A stretch of 62,588 bases of DNA, counting the filler, from Asterionella formosa (lineage: Eukaryota): NCBI GenBank assembly GCA_002256025.1. It is 20 parts of 20 records of this genome, joined end to end, with 100 filler letters (N's around TTAATTAATTAA, not from the genome) between each part and the next. Parts side by side here need not be neighbours in the genome. Positions count along the whole stretch, not along the records: positions 1 to 1,730 come from NKIB01001354.1; positions 1,831 to 3,559 come from NKIB01001355.1; positions 3,660 to 5,388 come from NKIB01001356.1; positions 5,489 to 7,217 come from NKIB01001357.1; positions 7,318 to 9,045 come from NKIB01001358.1; positions 9,146 to 10,867 come from NKIB01001359.1; positions 10,968 to 38,846 come from NKIB01001360.1; 13 more parts are not named here. One strand, 5' to 3'. The position numbers were made by a program, and so were the translations under genes. The notes below the pieces were generated by a model. It did no database searches, was not told the origin of the DNA, and worked only from the letters and a program-made list of their open reading frames with translations. Below are positions 1 through 11,757 of the stretch, one piece after another; the first letter of the stretch is position 1, and the number at the start of each line of letters is the position of its first letter.

Positions 1-1073
1 GTCACAATGTTTTTCGTTATGTATTGCAAAAAATTTCTTTTCTTGTCATGTGCTTTACTACGACGTATCTTTTCATGAAGCAGCAGGCATTGTTTGTTAA
101 CATGACAGAACGATTTGAAAAATATATTTGCCATGAATATACATAGTAATAAAATTTGTAAATATATATATATATATATTAAGTGTTGTACATTTATAAA
201 ATTCAAAGTCGCTCTCGATATGGAACATCTGATATGGTTTAAATGATCATACTCGCATATACATAATTCGAAAATACTCAATGCACTATATGTCCATTGT
301 TTTCCACGACTACGTGTACCGGTATTTTTTCTGAAATTTGTTTGCATCGATATTTTCTACGTCCGTTGAAACTAATTATTTAGACCGTTCAAATGCCGCA
401 AGGGTTTTGGTAGCAAATTGTTTAAGCCCCTTTTTTGGGCGGGAGCTCTTCATGTGTACCGGTACATCATATGACAATAACAATGTATCATTTATACATA
501 CAGGGTACCAGCAGCAGGTAGTAAGTGATATACTGGCTGGGGGTAGCCGGAGTAGTGCCGGTAAACTAGCAACAGAACACCATATGTTCAGGAATGTTGC
601 TACTGCAGTGGGACAGTAAATCATCATAGTTTTAGGATCGTATGATCGTAAAATTATGATCCAAAAGAACACCATATGTTCATGACTGTTGCTGCTGCAG
701 TGGGACAGTAAATCATCATATTTTTAGGATCGTATGATCATAAAACTAAAAACAAATAGAACACCATATTTTCATGACTGTTGCAATTACAGTGGGACAG
801 TAAATCATCATAGTTTTAGGATCGTATAATCGTAAAACTAAAAACAAATAGAACACCATATGTTCATGACTGTTGCAATTACAGTGGGACAGCAAATCAT
901 CATAGTTTTAGGATTGTATCATCGTGAAACTGAAAAGCGGAACCGGTAGTCGGAGTAATAAGCAAGCAATAGAACACCATAGACTGTCATCATAGTTTTA
1001 GGATTGTATAAATAGAACACCATATACATATGTCTATGACTGCTGCTACTACAGCGGGACAGTACCGGTAAAT
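1..1073. repeat. Dispersed repeat family copy A (probable decayed transposon interior)
   Basis: Aligns by eye, same strand, with 41717-42475 and (first ~390 bp) with ~38282-38660. Confidence 0.85.
574..1073. repeat. 92-bp tandem repeat, 4 full plus 2 partial units
   Basis: AGAACACCATA unit starts at 574, 666, 758, 850; the same unit recurs at 42251-42475. Confidence 0.9.
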
Positions 1074-1081
1074 GAATTTAA

Positions 1082-1458
1082 GATCATCGAACTTTAAGGA
1101 AGACAACGACAACAGCTGGTCGTGTGGCCGTTGCTGGTCCACTTTTAATGGCCGAAGAAGGAAGCGACGAAAAGATCACCATTACGAGCGGAACGAGAGA
1201 AATCGCTTACGACGCCAAGTCAAGACGATTCTTTGAGACTAACTTGCAGGAAGAAGAATGCATTCCTGACGAGGAATACTGTGTCGTCGATCCGGAAAGT
1301 GGGGAACTCATTCGTCTCACAGTAGCCGAAAAGGAGCGTATCTTTCTGGACGCGCTTCAGTCCTACTATGCCACTGGAAGGCAAGCTCAAGGATGACGAG
1401 TTTGACCTATTGAAGGAAGATTTGCAATGGAACGGATCTGACATGGTTGTCATGAATG
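1082..1458 (+). pseudogene. PGRL1: PGR5-like protein 1 fragment, frameshifted
   Basis: EYCVVD...EKERIFLDALQSYYATGRQ, then frameshift at ~1385 to LKDDEFDLLKEDLQWNGSDMVVMN; resembles the PGRL1 motif FLQALQSFYY...NEEFDNLKEELMWEGS. Confidence 0.75.
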
Positions 1459-1730
1459 TTTCTTCCTGTTTGTGATCAATATCCCATCGATCCATTTGTT
1501 CTCGCAAATGTTTTACTCGATGCCACCAGTCGAAACGATTGAGGTAATGAGTAGATATTGGCAGGACGCGCAGACGTTGGATATATATAGAAATAACAGC
1601 CTATGCAAATGCATTGTTTCATAGATACGAAATTAGTTATCATTTACTAACAGCTAGGTAAATGTGTTACGGTTAGATCTCTTCCATTTCTCCTTCAAAC
1701 TGCATCATATTTCTCCGAACACTACTACCC

Positions 1731-1830
1731 NNNNNNNNNNNNNNNNNNNNNNNNNNNNNNNNNNNNNNNNNNNNTTAATTAATTAANNNNNNNNNNNNNN
1801 NNNNNNNNNNNNNNNNNNNNNNNNNNNNNN
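1731..1830. other. Artificial contig linker (first of 19)
   Basis: N44-TTAATTAATTAA-N44; others start at 3560, 5389, 7218, 9046, 10868, 38847, 40674, 42499, 44326, 46153, 47980, 49807, 51633, 53459, 55285, 57111, 58937, 60763. Confidence 0.99.
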
Positions 1831-3379
1831 TCAGCCAAGAGCAGCCATGATGGTATGCCACCATTTATTGTCTATACAAGTTTCGAATGCATTCAGCTAT
1901 GATAACTTTTGCTCCCCCCTCCTAAATACTATCTCACCACCCTTGTCATAGATTTTTCTTTATCCTTTGGCTTCACAGGCCCAGGTTACTCAATGCCTTG
2001 TTCATCTGCAAGTTCAGCCAATCAAGCCCGCGTTGGCGTCAAGAAAACCTCAACCCCGATTTTCCTCACATGCTCCACCCAGTGACTTCTTCATTGATGA
2101 AGTCGAGGTAGCTATTCTGACGACATCAGGTGGCGCAGGCTTGTGTATAGCTAGATTGATGATGCCGAAAGCATTGCTTCCTTTTCTCGTAGGTACCTAT
2201 TTGTCAACATTGTTTGGGTCAATCTATTCTTGTTCCCGCAAGACCAGAAGCAATTATCCCTTTACTTCTCCTCCCAAGAACATTCATTTCTCTTTCACAA
2301 TTGTCCTGATGTTTGCAGAGCATTTTTAGTTCACTTTTGATTTTCCCACTGGTTTCGATCCCTTTTGCATTCAAGTCAAGAAACAAGCAACTCATTGAGA
2401 TTTCTGGAAGTTTTTTTTCAGTGGCACCATAAAGCAACAATCAACAGATCATGGTGGCTGTTCTCCATTTTCTGTAGCAAGTGACATTCAAGAAGGGACT
2501 GGGATCATTGGGGAGAAAAATTAGTAGGATTCTCTGTGCTTGCCCCGCCCGTTTGGCAGCCATTTTACCATTGCTTCCTAGCACCAATCAATACTAGATA
2601 GTAAAGCTAATGAAAACCGTAATTAGATGAAATGTGACTTTCGGTTTCTAATATTCTACATTGTTGCACTACTGAAACTTGAATCCATAAATGGGCATTC
2701 AACTTGTGCTTCTTGCATTTTTGCAGTATAGACTGGCTGGTGTTCGATAGGCCAAAGTGTCTCGCTTTTCATGAACATCTACAAAGTACTAGTGCTTTTG
2801 TCGAGGTTTGTGTTTAAATCCAACTGCTGCCTGCTATCCATTTAACCATTCCAGATACATCAAAGAATACGCTCTTGTCTTCAAAGGTAAGGAACTAGTA
2901 CGATGACAAAGGAAATCTGATGAAACATGAAAATTACGAAACCAGAATCACTCTGTTACTATAAATAGACAGTCTCATGCTTCTTTGTGCATATCGCCTG
3001 CTATGCTGCGTTTCAATTCTAGATGTATTACGTTCTTGTTAGAGAGACGATGTTACAGAGAAGTAGATTGTGCTGTTCTATGATGGATGTTGTTTAGCTA
3101 TGATTGAGGTTGTAACACTGATTGATGATCTGGTGACAGACCGGAAATATTCGTCTTGTGTGATGAGCCATTTCGTTTTCATTGGATTTCTTTTCAAGCT
3201 CTTAACGGATTGCATTGTACGAACATACTGTGCAATGTAGATGATAATTCATCGAAGACATATGATGACTTGAACGACAAATGAAGATTTTATCACAAAC
3301 ACTCATTCCTTTCGACAAGGCTGGTTTGTTGTTGTTGCAAGAATCAGGGTGAGGACAGGCGAGGATGATGAGCCAAACC

Positions 3380-3559
3380 ACATTACTCTAACTGGTACAT
3401 TATCCTACCAAGAAATTTAAATAAAGGAACCTAAAAGAAACAATACATATAATAATTAAATTTCCAAGTCAAAAGGGTTACTATTTAAGTTACGAGGGCA
3501 TTTATCAAAATTATTAGATGATATAACGAAAATTTATGATCAGATGATCATAATCCCAT
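3380..3559 (+). repeat. Dispersed repeat, reverse-complement homologue of ~19505-19682
   Basis: CTGGTACATTATCCTACCAAGAAATT...GTCAAAAGGGTTACTATTTAA...GGGCATTTATCAAAATTATT...TATGATCAGATGATCA is shared. Confidence 0.8.
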
Positions 3560-3659
3560 NNNNNNNNNNNNNNNNNNNNNNNNNNNNNNNNNNNNNNNNN
3601 NNNTTAATTAATTAANNNNNNNNNNNNNNNNNNNNNNNNNNNNNNNNNNNNNNNNNNNN

Positions 3660-4011
3660 TGCTTCGGCGAGCTCTTGGAAACGTTGGTGCTCGCCTGGCA
3701 GTTGCTGTTCTTGAAACTGAACTAGTAGGAGCACGTGAAAAATCGTTGTTGTTCCTTGATGGGGACTGAGTAACCCCAGAAACACCAATCTGAGAAACAC
3801 CTGGGACACCCATCCTACTGTCCTCATCGTCACTGGCAAACTCATCAGCACCAGTGTCATCTTCATTCTCGTCGTCGTCCTCCTCCTCTTCTTCTGGTTG
3901 AGTCTGTTCTTGTTGTTCTTGTTGCTGGTGACGGCGACGTTCAAGCAGCCTTGGAGAGGAAGGGAAGCCCTCCCTGGCTGCTCTCCTTTGACCAGAAGAA
4001 GATGAAGACAT
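3660..4011 (-). CDS. Probable Ty3/gypsy gag N-terminus (low complexity, cut by contig end)
   Basis: ATG-initiated ORF ~340 bp downstream of, and co-oriented with, the LTR at 4350-4732. Confidence 0.5.
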
Positions 4012-4349
4012 GGCCGAAATCTAAAAGCGATGACGATCGAATTATTGAGGAGGTTGATTGATATGTAACGATATGCATATGTATATGCATACCTATTTTG
4101 GCAAGAGCAAGCCATTTTGAGTATGAGCAAGCAAGTCTTGAAATATTCCGGGAAATTCTTTATAGTCATTCATGTCTAAACATCTTTTTATATAATGCAC
4201 TGTTATTTATAACTGTAAAAAATTTGTGAGGTGCTTACCAGGATTACCAAATTTGGTCAACACAAACACAAATTTTGGGGTTATGGGTACAACGATTTGT
4301 GTTATAATACACATGATATAATAATTTTTTATTATCAGAGTGCGCCCAC

Positions 4350-4732
4350 TCAAAGAGGTCTGAATTGTGATGTTTAGTATGTTGTTGTTATCCTTTGTCA
4401 ATGGGATCACTGGAACTTGAGAGGACAGTACAGTAACATGATTACCTATTAATTCTAATTGGACTCTTTTTGTTTTCAAAGTGAAGTATTCTTTAACTAG
4501 AAGTAGTAGTATTTGTTGAATATATGAGTTAATCCTTGTGTGCAACTCATTCTCTAAGTCAACACCAAAGTATACTTTGAGTTAATCCTTGTGTGCAACT
4601 CATTCTCTAAGTCAACACCAAAGTATACAAATTAGGGGTTACCGGTAGTCGAGTTCTCTCATTATTGAGTTCTGATATATATGATATAACTCTAACCCTA
4701 TACACATCTGTATTGATGCACGGGATCGCTCA
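4350..4732 (-). mobile_element. Ty3/gypsy LTR (probable 5' LTR) with internal ~53-bp tandem duplication
   Basis: Starts TGAGCGATC on the minus strand; homologous to the LTR sequence after the integrase at 39999-40518; downstream boundary approximate. Confidence 0.8.
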
Positions 4733-5679
4733 CCGTCTTACCAGTGTATCTAGCAGCTACAATATACCGATTTCCAGCATCATGGGAGTACTGGTACCAG
4801 CCAGGGTACTGCCAGTTAGGTGAAGGAGAATACCGGTATCATTGTTCGGTTCGTGCTGACTTCTTCTCACTGCCACCATCAAATGCGGGTGCAGCTAAAA
4901 TATTTTACATTCTCTCGCCATTGTACACATATACCGGTATATGATGCATAATTATTGTATTGTCTTATTATAGCCATCAATTGACTACCTAAAATTATCA
5001 TCTTTTCAGCTACATCTTTATGTGTATTGCACTACCAGTAGAGGCCATAAAATCTTCATTATGGAAATGATGCATGCTCTATGTCGTCCTCACACATCAG
5101 CTCCATCCAATCTTCCTTTTCCTCTTGGCTGTTCGCTCACTTTTATTCGACGTCGTATATTCATAATATTACTGCAACCATTCGCACATTGCCATTTCTT
5201 ACAACCAACTCACCTCACCTCAACTCAACTCGTACACACACAACAATAAAGCAACAGCAATAGCAACAACATGTACTCGAGTCATGAAGGAAGAGCCACG
5301 CAAGTACTGTTAGTCATTATCCTTTCCAGTGTTCTGTGTCCTACGTTTTTACTCTTGCCCATGACTATCCAGGCCTTTGTTCCGTCGANNNNNNNNNNNN
5401 NNNNNNNNNNNNNNNNNNNNNNNNNNNNNNNNTTAATTAATTAANNNNNNNNNNNNNNNNNNNNNNNNNNNNNNNNNNNNNNNNNNNNTGTGTAGACAGT
5501 GGCATCAACAGGTATTGTGCAAAGGTAATTTCTTTGTTACAACATATTGATCAAAATATTCAATTTACCAGGTGTTTACAATTGAGTCTTTGTTTAACAA
5601 TTAATAGCATTCAAAGTGTAGTTCAGAGTGCATTGACTAAATATATATGATATGATTTACTAAAAATAAGTATATCTAT

Positions 5680-6382
5680 TCATTTGGGACAGGTACGTGA
5701 ATTGTGCCCATTCATCCCACAATTACCACATTGATTTCCACTGACATATTCAAATCTTGACTTATCTCGTTGATTAGCACGGTTCTTAGAGCCTGGAGGA
5801 CGTCCACGCTTCCTAACTACACTGACCACTGGATTTGAAAGCATATGTAGCGGTCGAGAAGTGGCTTCCTCAAGTCTTTGCAATAAAACGGGAACTTGAT
5901 CAGCATCTACCGAATATAGGGTCTCTTGGATTGAGTTCAGCCGCTTCTGTCGTGGAGAGGAGACATTGGCTGCTGGGGATGAAGTCTCATGCTGAAGCAT
6001 CCAATGCTCGTGAAAATCGGTGCTTTGGAATGTTCCAGAGCTTACATATCCTTATAATACTTGGTAATAGCTTCAATGCATTTTTCCCGAGAATCAAATG
6101 TGACTTGATCCATTAGATTGACGTCTGATAAATTTTCATCTCCCTCCTCTGTATTGTCCCCAATAGGTTCTGACAGCTTTGGTTGAGGAGGCATCAGAGT
6201 CAATTCGAACACAATGATGTGCATGCGTTAGCACGGCAGTGTCGTGGAGGAGTCAACTAAAATTCGTGTGGCAAAAAAGTATTGGTGGTTTATACGAAGA
6301 CTATGTAGGCTAGTAGGGTTTAAGGGTTTATCAAAAAGAGGGGGACGAAATATCGATATAGGGGGACGAAATATCTTTTTCC
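5680..6382 (-). mobile_element. Internally deleted Mutator-like (MULE) element
   Basis: GG-start terminus with duplicated ATATTTCGTCCCCCT (6339-6382); N-terminal FDSREKCIEAI segment joined to C-terminal KRGRP...RDKSRFEYV...CGNCGMNGHNSRTC knuckle. Confidence 0.6.
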
Positions 6383-6611
6383 TATATTTATATAAATAAA
6401 TGCCAAAATCATTTACCGGTCGTATTCACAATCTGAGTCTGGCATCATGTTGCTTGTGACAATAATCTACGAGGTACCTGGTACCAGGTAGCTCAATTTC
6501 TTTCCGTATGCAGTGACGTAGGCAGCATGCACAAATGAATGACGAAGGACTAAATACCGGTATGTGTCTACCGGTAGTTTATTTAAGCAAGATTTTGGTA
6601 TCAGCTTCTGT

Positions 6612-6681
6612 GGAAGGTCCGGTAATCGAGATATTTAGCTGAATCTTTTCTGAAGTATAAAAGTGGTCTACCAGACCTTCC
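6612..6681. mobile_element. 70-bp inverted-repeat mini-element
   Basis: GGAAGGTCCGGTA...TACCAGACCTTCC flanked by TCTGT on both sides; related copy at 25561-25646. Confidence 0.55.
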
Positions 6682-7739
6682 TCTGTACTCAAATTACCGG
6701 GTACTGGTATGTTTTTGTAGTCAACGGTCTGTTTTTGTAGTCAAGTACTGGTATGTTTATCCTGCACATGCGGTTCCAACAGAACATTTTTATCGTTTTT
6801 GCTTGACATTGCAGGTTGTTTGTATAAGAATTGTCTATCAAGTCGTTTGCCGAGGTTTGCGAATTTGTTGTCTTAAGACTAGAATTACTACAACACTACC
6901 GGTAGCTCATAATGGAGGTCATGAAATATAATAGATAATATGGCTTTTACCTGTGTCAAAAATTAATTGTTGCCATTGTACATACATGGTAGAATCTTCT
7001 GGGAAAATTCCAGCTGCTCATCATTCTCGGGTTGGTTACTCAGTGCACGCAACAACAATCAACTAGCCAAATTTTCCCGCAGGCTTTCCTTCACAGATCA
7101 CTGATATTCATACTTCAATGTTGGAATCTGGCAAGCCAAAGTCAAATGAATTTAACTCGTCCTCACAATCTGACCAAGACCCACCCATGCCGCTACTGCA
7201 TATGGTGAGTATCACCANNNNNNNNNNNNNNNNNNNNNNNNNNNNNNNNNNNNNNNNNNNNTTAATTAATTAANNNNNNNNNNNNNNNNNNNNNNNNNNN
7301 NNNNNNNNNNNNNNNNNGCTATTTCTTTTCGGAAAGGCTACAATTTGTCTACAATGATTATTTTATCAAATGAAATTCGGTTAACAAATCAAATCAAAAG
7401 AAACGTTGGTAGATATGTTTTATATATACTGGCACCCGTAGTTCCATAGAAAAAGGAGTCGCATACCGGTACTATTTTAGTGTTCATCGAATATCGTTGT
7501 AGTCAGTCGAAAATGAGAGGTATTTCCGAGATACTTCAAACAGTAAACAGTCATATCTCTAGCAAGTGGCTGGCCTTAGTGAAAGTAGCATTGGATGTAT
7601 AGCTGTGTTAAATCGAATTGAATGAGATAATTTATTTTGTGGTTTTACAAATGATAAATCAAATATCTATATTGGCCGTTGTCTCTTTCTATTAAACAAA
7701 TATCGGTACATAATCGCTATTTAATCGTGTTTTATCACC

Positions 7740-9045
7740 ATGAACGACGACGATTGCTGTTTGATATGTGGTAAGGGTCCATTTGTTTCCCTTCACCGTC
7801 ATAACGCACATAGCCCCGAATGCGAAACAGCTGCTGAGTTGTTTCGTAAACCAGCAACTGGTCCAGACGACGGTCAGGAAGAATATGATGGATTTCATCA
7901 ATCTCCCCCATCAGCTGCTGATGACTTTTCGTCGTCATTAAAGAAAAGGGCCAAAATTTGTCATGTTCAAACACTACATTTTGGCGATCATACCAATATA
8001 TGTGACATTGATCAAAAAGAAGATGAAGAAAATACAAGCGAAATAGTGGTACAGGATGAAACCAATACTATTCCAGTCCTGAGCACCACAGGGATTAGGT
8101 TTTCCTCCGCCGATCCTGGTATACCATTCTCAGTTGGCGATGTAATGAAGTCTCGACTGCTTAGTCTTTTGCTCGGCACCCGTTCTCCTCTTTATATGTA
8201 TGATCAAATCATGAGTTTCTGCAGCACAGCTCAGGAAGCTGGATTCATTTTTGAATCTTGTCCTCCCAGGAGGACCACTGTTCTGAAAGAATTTCAAAAC
8301 CGATTTAACATGAATGATTTAACTCCCCAGGTGAAACAGGCCATATTGCATGATGGAAAACTGATTGATGTTGTATGTTTTGATTTCATGGCTCAGGTTA
8401 AGAATCTCTTGACAAATGACACACTAATGTCACCACAAAATGTGTCATTTGATTTCGTCAATCCGTGTAAAGCACCACAACCCACCAGTGTCAGATCCGA
8501 ATTTCACACTGGTCCCTGGTGGATAGATGCCCATGAATATTTATGTTCTCAGCCAAATGACTTCCTTGTTCCACTAATGTTCTTTATTGACAAGACACAC
8601 ACGGTTGAAAAAGGAAAGTACACAATGGAGCCTGTCCTAATGTCACTTGGTATTTTTACTACCAATGTAAGAAATAAGGTCAATGCATGGCGGCCAATCG
8701 GATTGATCCCAAAGCTGACCTCATCAAGTCTATCTGAAATCCAGTCCCTAACCCCTGATCAAAAGGAATTCGATTATCACGCTGTCCTTGGTGTGATTCT
8801 TGAGGGGGTCAAGAATGTCCAACAAGCTGGTGGATTCAAACACATTTTCAATTTCGGAGGCAATCAATTTACACTTAATGTGAAAGTTCCGGTTGGTCTA
8901 ATTCTCGGTGATGCTGAAGGTTTAGATGGACAATGCGGACGAAAGAAAACATATCTAAAGACTGCCAGAATGTGTCGTGAATGTGATTGTCCGTTTGATC
9001 AAACGGACAATCCATCTCATGAATGCAGTCCTGTAGGTCAGATTG
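7740..9045 (+). CDS. Plavaka-type transposase, 3' truncated by contig end
   Basis: N-terminal CxxC...H..H..C finger; SEFHTGPWW, VPLMFFIDKT, EPVLMSLG, AWRPIGLIP, ILGDAEG...CG...CRECDC motifs. Confidence 0.8.
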
Positions 9046-9145
9046 NNNNNNNNNNNNNNNNNNNNNNNNNNNNNNNNNNNNNNNNNNNNTTAATTAATTA
9101 ANNNNNNNNNNNNNNNNNNNNNNNNNNNNNNNNNNNNNNNNNNNN

Positions 9146-9315
9146 CAAGACGAACACAAAAACAAACACGTATTCCAACACTTGCACCAACAACGTGGTC
9201 CCCGACACATATGCCAACAAGTGCGACAAGAACGAAACCCCCGACAAGACGAACACAAACACATACACAAGCAATTGCACCAACAACGTGGTCCCCGACA
9301 CATCCCCCAACACTT
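9146..9315. repeat. ~99-bp tandem duplication at contig start
   Basis: CAAGACGAACACAAA...TTGCACCAACAACGTGGTCCCCGACACAT occurs twice. Confidence 0.8.
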
Positions 9316-10967
9316 CTGCCAACCCGTCCTGTGACGCATCCAGTATTTCCGTCAATGTTGGTGTTTGAATGAACAAGATCAACTTGTCATACTGATAGTA
9401 GTTAATTGGTAACCACCAATCCAAGATAGTACTCCATATACTGTTAAGAAAAGCAACACATTTGATGCAATCGTGGTGGACTCGAAGGAACATGAGCCAC
9501 TTGTCATTGTCATAGTATGCATACCGGTAGGCATAGTACCGCCAGTAGTCAAATGCATGCTCCTCCCAGACAAGGAGTTCACTTGGTTGGTTGGTGGTGG
9601 TTCTTGCTGCTGCTGCTTTCTTGATAATGCTCCTGGTAGCAGGTAGAGCACTAATAAGCAGCAACTCTGTTCCATTTGTCTTCCAGCTGAAATTCTCGGA
9701 AAGTATAATGGATTCAATGGGCGTTGCACTTCTGCACTCCTGCACCCATTGCATCATGCCAAGCCTCTCTGCAAAGTCTTGTTGAAAAGCCACATTTTGT
9801 TCCCCGAACTTGGAGTTCGAGTAGGCATACCGTGGCGAAGACAACATTGACTTTCCTAGAAAGGTCAAGGCGAAAAGTAAAAGTAAAAGTAGATTCATTT
9901 TATTCGTTTCTGTTGAGCACGGAAACGGAAACGGAAACGCAAAGACATGGAACGACGACAATGGAAGAAGTGGCTGGTGTGAGCAAGCGAATTGGAATTG
10001 GAATTGGAACTGGGACTGGAACTGCAGTTTCTCGTCTCCTTCCCATGATGAGGGAAGTAGAGCGAGTCGAAAGCAAGCAGGAAGGAACGAACGAGACGAG
10101 ACGAGCAATTCAATTGACGAAAACTTACATTATTTGTTTGGCATAAAACACTGTTCGTCGTATTCTATGAGCAAAACCGTGGCAAAGCAAAAATTGAATA
10201 GAGTCAAGGCAAGCAAGAGGCAACCACATCAAATCGAAACGACCACGATTCAAGTTGATATATATGGACAATGTACAATAAATAGCTCGAAATACTTCAG
10301 TCTAATAGGCTCACCTATTTTATTTCTGCTATATCTATACTGTACTAACCGCTATGGCATTGAACTTTAGGTCTCTTCTCCAGATTGGCTATGACTGATG
10401 ATATTTTTGGACTGCTTGTCGATATGTATACGTCATAAGGCTGGTTGCATCAAAATAATAATTATAGTAGCCCACGTAGCGCTGGTACAAAATGTTATCC
10501 TTATCCCTACCGTAGGAAGGAATATCCCGCCGATTTGTTTGCTTCGATCGGCTCACCATGTTGCTCAATATCGCCGCCGTTTCCTGTGCAAAAGTGATTC
10601 CCCGAAGGCTTTTATATTCTTTTGTATAGTCATGAGTGAAATGCTTTTGGGGAATCACTTTTCACATGATATTCAAAAAGTTATAGCAATATCCGTTATG
10701 GCCGCCATCAGTGACCCTGCCATTCATGGTGTTTGGTTGCCGGTCGATCAATTCAGGGAACATCTTCACGAAAAGTACTCTTTTGGCGATAACATACAAT
10801 TTAATACTAATAGATTGATAAGGTATCTCAATAAGGTTTTTCCAAATCAATCTTTGGAGTCAAACGANNNNNNNNNNNNNNNNNNNNNNNNNNNNNNNNN
10901 NNNNNNNNNNNTTAATTAATTAANNNNNNNNNNNNNNNNNNNNNNNNNNNNNNNNNNNNNNNNNNNN

Positions 10968-11287
10968 CAGGCAAGAAAAGCATCTCCATCCATCAAATCA
11001 TCTGTCTTAGCAGAATTCACAATCCCAAATGCAATCCCACTGACACTAAGAATCAATAGCTGATATGCCTTGTCATTCAACTCATACTTCTTCTTCTCGT
11101 CATCATCAGTAGACACCAAATAGGCATCATCGTCGATTGGCTTCGTGTCTTTGGCATAAACATGCCTAAAACCTTTAGATTTCGCAAGCTGAAGAGTCTT
11201 GATACTCCACTCATGCCAGGCAGTTTCGCTTCCATCAAACTTGATCAAGCGAACGGTCTCACCTGATTTCTCATCGGCCGTAACCAT
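10968..11287 (-). CDS. Ty1/copia gag N-terminus, cut by contig end
   Basis: LIKFDGSETAWHEWSIK...NDKAYQLLILSV...GDAFLA is copia gag-like; immediately follows an LTR. Confidence 0.8.
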
Positions 11288-11298
11288 GTCTCTAGACC

Positions 11299-11757
11299 TG
11301 TAGGTTCGTTTTAAAACGTGTTAAATTGTCTAGTTGAAATATCACAGATCTTACTTTTAAGATCTCTAAAGCTGAAAACGTATTTTCACTTTACACTTTG
11401 TAATATTGTGAGCTTTCTGTTAATAGTCTATCTAGTCTTGTTCTTGCCTGATTACTCATGTAATCCCGAACAAGACTTCTCACACTTTCCTTGATCCCGT
11501 CAAAATGATCTTGCTTACTTTGACAATAAGTAAGCATATTCATTTGACAATAAGTGAGCAGCACTTATTCTTTTGATAATAAGTGAGCATCTGATTCACT
11601 TGTCAATAAGTAACATCTCCAGTCATTTGTCAATAAGTAAACATCTCCAGTCATTTGTCAATAAATGTCGAGATGTTTTGGGTCTTGGTTTCTAATCACT
11701 ACTAAGAATATTGATTCTCGATTCGTTGGATTCCATATATTTTATCAATATGCAACA
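11299..11757 (-). mobile_element. Ty1/copia 5' LTR (~459 bp)
   Basis: Minus strand reads TGTTG...CTACA; internal (TTG[A/T]CAATAAGT) repeats at 11520-11665; gag ATG lies 11 nt downstream. Confidence 0.7.

Noticed and set aside
574..1073. CRISPR-like array
   Set aside because: Whole 92-bp units repeat with no unique spacers, and no cas genes are present
1731..1830. Regularly spaced TTAATTAATTAA palindromes and ORFs ending in X...LIN
   Set aside because: Artificial all-frame-stop linkers; adjacency across them has no biological meaning
4207..4545. 112-aa ORF
   Set aside because: Lies within LTR/leader sequence
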